64,000 bases of DNA from Nitrososphaerota archaeon (GTDB lineage Archaea > Thermoproteota > Nitrososphaeria > Nitrososphaerales > JACPRH01): the NCBI GenBank assembly GCA_023379805.1, contig JAMCPI010000017.1:83977-147976 (forward strand), read 5' to 3'. Positions 59,100-64,000 of this stretch are shown piece by piece. Positions within the stretch are counted from its first letter, which is position 1; every line of letters starts with the position of its first letter. The position numbers and the translations under genes were made by a program. Below the pieces are notes generated by a model. The model saw only the letters and a program-made list of their open reading frames with translations. It was not told the DNA's origin and made no database searches.

Positions 59100-59273
59100 A
59101 TGAGTACCAAATCTAAGAGAAGAGAAGAAGCCAAAGGCAAAGCGGAGCAAGTTGAAGGCAAAGTCCGTGAAGAAGTAGGTAAAATAACGGGCAGCGAGAA
59201 AGAAAAGCTCAAAGGTAAATTTAAGCAGGTTAAGGGAAAAGCCCGAGAAGAAATCGCTGAACACACAGATTAA
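59100..59273 (+). CDS. CsbD-like general stress protein (57 aa, below the ORF-track cutoff)
   Basis: My own translation: MSTKSKRREEAKGKAEQVEGKVREEVGKITGSEKEKLKGKFKQVKGKAREEIAEHTD. This shows the CsbD repeat pattern (GK.....GK..E..GK.TG....(K/E).GK.....GK). It explains away the antisense track ORFs 58857-59264 and 59057-59266. Confidence 0.7.
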   Translation: MSTKSKRREEAKGKAEQVEGKVREEVGKITGSEKEKLKGKFKQVKGKAREEIAEHTD

Positions 59274-59713
59274 AACAAGCGGCTCAGAAGAACTGCTGAG
59301 TGGCTTCGAGGTAGCACGGGCACAACTGCTTATAGTAGTGCTCTACTACTTGCTGTAGTTTTGGGTGCAGGCATGTGGCTCCTGCACCCGTGGGGAAAAT
59401 ATGACCAGCCTGTCACCTGAGCCGCCACAACCCCACCTGTCGATGGATATCACTGCGTTTGTGGAGCAAGCGAGATGAGCAATCGTTTCTGTCAGAACAA
59501 AGATAGTTATCCCACGCTTGACAGATAACATCTTCACGATACACGTGAATCGGATTCATATAAAGTGGGGTAAGACTGCCTCTATACGACCAAGGGTTCG
59601 CTAATCACCGAGATGCGGTTCTAACGGTGATTACGCTCGGTCAATAAGTAAGTATCTAGATCGAAGGGGGTTTTCATTCGAGGTATGGAGTAGGGATGGT
59701 TCTAGATTGATTA

Positions 59714-61090
59714 TTATGTGGCAGTATCCATAGACGCGTCTTCTTCAATCACTTCGGTTTCTAGTTGGCAGACGAAGTGTAGGTGGTTGTCGTAAAGAAA
59801 TAACGGGTTGTTTGTTTCGCGTGGTTGCAGTTCTAGCAGTAATGTTTCGTAAGGCGCGATTACGGTTTTATCAGTCAGTACTGCGAGAAGTTTTCCGTAT
59901 TCGAGGATTTTCCATCCTGATAAGTTGAGGTTGGTTTTGCCGAGGTTCTTTACCTTAACTGTGCTTATGGTGGTTCCGTTGCTGTGCGCATAGTCATACT
60001 CGTAGTTCTGGTCTTCATAGGTGAAGGTGTTCACGCTAGCTTTGACTCTTTCGGCTCTTCTTCTGTAGTTGATCATGCTTGTTAGGAGGAACTGCACGTG
60101 GGGGTCGTTGAGGATCACGTCGTCACCGAAACCGCCGAAGTGGAAGACGCGTCCTTTACCGTAGCGTTTTGTGTAGCTTGCAAATATGCCGCCCGGCGCC
60201 TCATCATAGACGTGGCCGTTGAATCTAGCTATTATCTCGACTTTTTCAGGGTTAGTGATAACTGTATCTTCCCTCCGGGTGTAGTAGCTGCCGAAGACCT
60301 TGTCTCCGAAGTTGTGGGCTAAGGCAGCTCCGATCGGATGAGATTTCTCAGGTTTAGCGCCGCCGGGGGCTATGTTGTATGAACCGCCGAAGTAGTCGCT
60401 GCCAATCCACTCCAAGTTCTCTTTTCGCCACCGGCTGTTAACGCTCTTCACGGCTCTGCCGTCGTCAAGAACCTCCCAGCCGTGTCCCTTCCTCAACCTG
60501 ACTCTCTTAGTACCTTGAGCGTCAACGTAATAATCAACCTCCGCGTAAAGAGCGTTGCCGTCCAGAAAAACTAGGGTGCCGCCACTAGACACAAACTCCC
60601 TGAGTTGATTATACTCGTTGCTCGTCACATATTCAGAATGACCTATAACCAAGTAAGAGTACTTTCTCCTTCCATCCTCAAACAGCCTTCCTCCATGGAT
60701 ATCTAAATCGGTGACAACAAAAGGATCTACATCCACCTTGTTAAGCAGAGCAGTGGAGTTAACAAGTTCGCCCAGAGAGCGGCTGAAACCCCAATCCATC
60801 GTAACAGGCAGATCTAAACCATTCAGATCAGTCACATTATCCTGACCCGCGTACCTCCTAAACCAATCATAGAACCCTCCTGACGAATACGCAGTATTGG
60901 TAAATACCGGTTGAATTACGGCGACCTTACGACGATCCTCGGAAGCTTTTCCATTTGGAGTGTTGTTTTCCGCATAAGCCGACGAAACACCAGCAACCCC
61001 CGGTAGACTGGGGCCTGCAATGAATCCGGCAACAGACAAGAGAGAAAAAGATATGAACTCCCGTCTGCCGACCAAAGTATTGCAAGTCAC
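59714..61090 (-). CDS. Tat-exported hypothetical protein with a C-terminal lamin-tail-like domain
   Basis: Twin-arginine motif GRREFISF plus a hydrophobic region and AYA cleavage context. The C-terminal VKVKNLGKTNLNLSGWKIL resembles LTD domains. Confidence 0.55.
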   Translation of the reverse strand: MTCNTLVGRREFISFSLLSVAGFIAGPSLPGVAGVSSAYAENNTPNGKASEDRRKVAVIQPVFTNTAYSSGGFYDWFRRYAGQDNVTDLNGLDLPVTMDWGFSRSLGELVNSTALLNKVDVDPFVVTDLDIHGGRLFEDGRRKYSYLVIGHSEYVTSNEYNQLREFVSSGGTLVFLDGNALYAEVDYYVDAQGTKRVRLRKGHGWEVLDDGRAVKSVNSRWRKENLEWIGSDYFGGSYNIAPGGAKPEKSHPIGAALAHNFGDKVFGSYYTRREDTVITNPEKVEIIARFNGHVYDEAPGGIFASYTKRYGKGRVFHFGGFGDDVILNDPHVQFLLTSMINYRRRAERVKASVNTFTYEDQNYEYDYAHSNGTTISTVKVKNLGKTNLNLSGWKILEYGKLLAVLTDKTVIAPYETLLLELQPRETNNPLFLYDNHLHFVCQLETEVIEEDASMDTAT

Positions 61091-61256
61091 CGCGCTTCAA
61101 CATATATGCCTTCTACGCAACTCAATATGGTGTTTTTCCATTATCGGATAACTATGAGAGACAGGTAAGCAGGGGACAACTGAAGATGAACAATCTTTAG
61201 GTGTCAATGATTGCGAATAAAATAATGGTTGGCGCGGGGAAGCAGTATTTTACCTG

Positions 61257-61700
61257 TTAGATTGTAGGTAGTAGTTGGATTCCGAAGTACAATCCGACAG
61301 TTTCAATCAAGCCGTATACAACTAAGCTGGTGATCTGTAGAAGGAAGGATCGCAGCTTGCCGAACCTCAGAAGCTTCGACGCCACAGAGGTAGCGTAGAC
61401 CCCGATGAGCGGCGTGATCAGAAGCATGATCGCCGATCCGTATCTTCCCTCAAGCCTTTTCCGAAACCTTCCGCCTTCTCCTGCAAAGTAGTTGAAGAGC
61501 CTTGGAAACCTTCTTTCAAACCGATTCATCAAGAGAAGCAGGATGATAATGGGGACGAGGTTTGCTGAGAAGGCGACTACAAATGCTGTGAAAGGCTCTA
61601 CTCCCAAGGCGACGCCAGCCGGGATCGCAACCAGTATCTCACCTACAGGTGAAGCTGATAACAACATTACAGCAACCAGCGTCTCTACGTTTAGGGCCAA
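61257..61700 (-). CDS. Small multidrug export protein family (COG2426-like) membrane protein
   Basis: SPVGEILVAIPAGVALGVEPF..AFSANLVPIIILLLL and four TM helices. Confidence 0.65.
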   Translation of the reverse strand: MALNVETLVAVMLLSASPVGEILVAIPAGVALGVEPFTAFVVAFSANLVPIIILLLLMNRFERRFPRLFNYFAGEGGRFRKRLEGRYGSAIMLLITPLIGVYATSVASKLLRFGKLRSFLLQITSLVVYGLIETVGLYFGIQLLPTI

Positions 61701-61871
61701 ATCGCTTCTTTCCCTCTAAACCCACATGAAATGTTCGCACTTAATATACCAATCACCCTGCTTCAAAAATAACTGCGACTCACCAGATCGTTTTCAGGGA
61801 TTGAAAGAACACCTCATCTCTCGTTTCCTTTGCGATTTTGAGAGTGGAGTCGAATACGCCAATACTTATAT

Positions 61872-64000
61872 ATGATCAGCAGAGTTTTCCAGCAGTTGGA
61901 CTCTGGTTATATCAAGCGGCTTTCGGATATAAGTGCAGAGGATATTCTCGAAGTAGGTACTAAATCATACAATCTTCATAAGGCTCTGAAGCTTGGTTTT
62001 AATGTTCCTGAAGCGTTTGTGCTTACCTCTTCTGCGTATAACCGGATGTCATCCAATTTGCGGCTATCCGAGAAGCATAATCGACTTTCACTTGATGAGA
62101 TACAGCAAGCTATTCTTGGTTACGATCTTCCTGAAGAGGTTGCGCATGAGTTCCGACTAGCTTATGATTCGCTTGGTGCAGACTCTGTGTCTGTTAGATC
62201 CTCAGCGGTTCAAGAGGACTTGTCAAATGCTAGTTACGCAGGAATCTATGAGTCCTACCTTGCTGTAACAACATTAGAATCTGTTGTAGAGTTCGTCAAG
62301 AAAGTATGGGCTTCAAGTTGGAGCCGGCGAGCATTCGCGTATAGAGAACGGCTGGGGGTGGTGAACACAGATTTTTCAGTCGCTGTAATTGTTCAGAGAA
62401 TGGTTAATGCTGACGTATCGGGAATCGTATTCACTCGAAACCCTGTTGACGGCGATACGAATAGAATAGTGATAACTGCGAACTATGGCCTTTGCGAAAC
62501 TGTCGCGTCAGGCGTCGCTGAACCTGATACCATAATAATTGAGAGAGCAAACCTGCAGCTGCTCCAACAACGGATCGGTGGGAAGGAGCTTATGGAAACT
62601 TTAACAGATGCAGGTAAATTAATCCGCAAGGCGCCGCCAATCCGCCTCAGAGCAAAGCCTTGTTTAGATGAGGTTCAAGCAAAGAGCATCGCTTCCGAGG
62701 CGTTGAAATTAGAGAAATGCTTCGGGCAGCCGCAGGATATTGAATGGTCCATCGCCGGCGAGAAGATATTCTTGCTTCAAACAAGACCGATAAGCGGGCT
62801 GTTCACTCGTCAAGACTACTGGTTGAATCGATCTGCTGCTCAGATTTCGCTTGAGCTGCCGATAGTAAGCAAGAAGCTAAAGGTGAAACAAGATCAATTA
62901 AGCAAAAACGATCCTAAGACATACAAGTGGGATCCAAGGATAGATACTCTTGGAGATGACTGGGCTAAAAGAATCTTACCGTCGATGCTTGACGAGATTC
63001 AGCTGGTTGAGGCAGTTAAACCGGAGGCTCTGTCCAACGGCGATCTCGCAGAAGAATTCGTCAAAGTAGTAGCCATGGTTAGAAAGCACTTCGAACTACG
63101 GATCGAATTAGGGGTGTTACTGGATACTGCGATGGAGCGGTTGAGGCGTTCTCTTACGAAGAGCAGCAGCTTCTCGTCAGACGATTTTCCAAGGCTCTTG
63201 GTCTCCCTTCGAACTAAAGATGTAGAGTCGGATGAGATGCTCCAGCAGTTAGCGGATTTGGCTGTAAAATATCCGGCGGTGCAGGAAATCTTCCTGAAAG
63301 ATAAGATAAGCAATCTACTCGCTGCGTTAAGGCGCAACCAAGAAAACAGTCATTGGTTGCAGGCTTTCTCTGGTTACCTCGCGGAATTTGGGCATTTGAG
63401 TCCAGCTAGGTTTGATGTGATGTCGCCGACGTACAGCGAATCCCCTGATGTGGTACTGAATACGATTAGCAAGTATGTGCATGTGGGTGCGAGGAGACGA
63501 AAGGGGCTTAATAGAAGGCTTGCTGAAGAGCGGGATGAACTCGTGCGGAGCATCTTAACCGGACTAAACGAGGATGACAAGGAAGAGTTTCAGAGGGCTT
63601 TGGCAGTAGCGCTAAGCTGCTACCATATAAAGAACGACAGAGACTTTTACTTTCTCAGATCACTCGCTCAACTCAGGAGATTCTATCTCGAAGGTGGAAG
63701 AAGATTCATGCGATGCGGCTGGATACCTAAACCTGAAGACGCTTTCTTCTTCACAGTTGAGGACTTTGAAAGGCTGCTCTTAGATAAATCGGGTGAAACG
63801 GGCGCCATCTTGCAACGAGGTAAAAGTGAGAAAGCTAGGCTGCACGGACTGATCGAGACAAGGGCGCCGCCAACATTGTCCAACGTATCAAATCAAAACA
63901 CTACTACTGTGATCAGAGGCATAGGCAGTAGTCCCGGGGTTGTGAAGGGTAAAGCCAACGTGTTCACCTCCTTGCATACGTTTCCACTTGTTCAACCCGG
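61872..64000 (+). CDS. PEP synthase / pyruvate phosphate dikinase family protein (PEP/pyruvate-binding N-domain plus mobile His domain), 3'-truncated by the window end
   Basis: Absent from the ORF track because it has no stop in the window. I verified that the frame from the ATG at 61872 encodes ..VSVRSSAVQEDLSNASYAGIYESY.., ..QDIEWSIAGEKIFLLQTRPI.. and ..IRGIGSSPGVVKGKANVF.. near the end. Confidence 0.85.
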   Translation, partial: MISRVFQQLDSGYIKRLSDISAEDILEVGTKSYNLHKALKLGFNVPEAFVLTSSAYNRMSSNLRLSEKHNRLSLDEIQQAILGYDLPEEVAHEFRLAYDSLGADSVSVRSSAVQEDLSNASYAGIYESYLAVTTLESVVEFVKKVWASSWSRRAFAYRERLGVVNTDFSVAVIVQRMVNADVSGIVFTRNPVDGDTNRIVITANYGLCETVASGVAEPDTIIIERANLQLLQQRIGGKELMETLTDAGKLIRKAPPIRLRAKPCLDEVQAKSIASEALKLEKCFGQPQDIEWSIAGEKIFLLQTRPISGLFTRQDYWLNRSAAQISLELPIVSKKLKVKQDQLSKNDPKTYKWDPRIDTLGDDWAKRILPSMLDEIQLVEAVKPEALSNGDLAEEFVKVVAMVRKHFELRIELGVLLDTAMERLRRSLTKSSSFSSDDFPRLLVSLRTKDVESDEMLQQLADLAVKYPAVQEIFLKDKISNLLAALRRNQENSHWLQAFSGYLAEFGHLSPARFDVMSPTYSESPDVVLNTISKYVHVGARRRKGLNRRLAEERDELVRSILTGLNEDDKEEFQRALAVALSCYHIKNDRDFYFLRSLAQLRRFYLEGGRRFMRCGWIPKPEDAFFFTVEDFERLLLDKSGETGAILQRGKSEKARLHGLIETRAPPTLSNVSNQNTTTVIRGIGSSPGVVKGKANVFTSLHTFPLVQP

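Noticed and set aside
58857-59266. Two overlapping minus-strand ORFs (135 and 69 codons).
   Set aside because: The plus strand encodes a recognisable CsbD-like protein. The minus-strand products are Phe/Leu/Ser low-complexity sequences.
62999-63883. Minus-strand ORFs 62999-63337, 63374-63580 and 63683-63883.
   Set aside because: They lie antisense within the long, unterminated PEP-synthase-like reading frame, which carries clear family motifs.

Overview
The window is an archaeal chromosomal segment of about 50% GC. Archaeal markers are aIF2-alpha, UPF0147/UPF0148 proteins, an archaeal-type glycogen debranching enzyme, an F420-type LLM oxidoreductase and a tRNA with a non-canonical intron. 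I cannot place the lineage beyond this, though a TACK-type archaeon seems likely. I saw no rRNA genes and no CRISPR array. Coding density is high, and the content falls into four groups. (1) Housekeeping and stress genes: an AN1-M50 protease, pirin, PepA, a CDF transporter, aIF2-alpha, grpE-dnaK-dnaJ, an SOD-like protein, HMG-CoA reductase, pyrophosphatase and a partial PEP-synthase-like gene. (2) A roughly 10 kb segment bracketed by tRNA-Leu(TAG) and an intron-containing tRNA-Val(GAC). It carries a tyrosine recombinase, two DUF2795 paralogs that share a conserved 51-nt upstream element, and the glycogen/trehalose genes (debranching enzyme plus TreZ). (3) An accessory region rich in cell-surface proteins (about 36.5-47.5 kb and 53.7-61 kb). 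It contains a collagen-like/triheme c-type cytochrome fusion and a surface-anchored PQQ dehydrogenase with a lanthanide-type DYD signature. Several Thr-rich stalk proteins there share an 'LP[ST]E + TM + basic tail' module. The region also holds a GerW/YtfJ-DUF2953 cluster and a tandem LamG-like exoprotein. (4) Transporters and regulators: two ABC-2 systems, two PadR regulators, and MFS, APC, Lrp and ArsR genes. My best candidates for something undescribed are the collagen-stalk multiheme cytochrome together with the anchored PQQ dehydrogenase and the shared sorting-like module, and a 988-aa HerA/FtsK-like ATPase with an uncharacterised 600-aa N-terminal region. All family calls come from motif recognition by eye, since no database search was possible.
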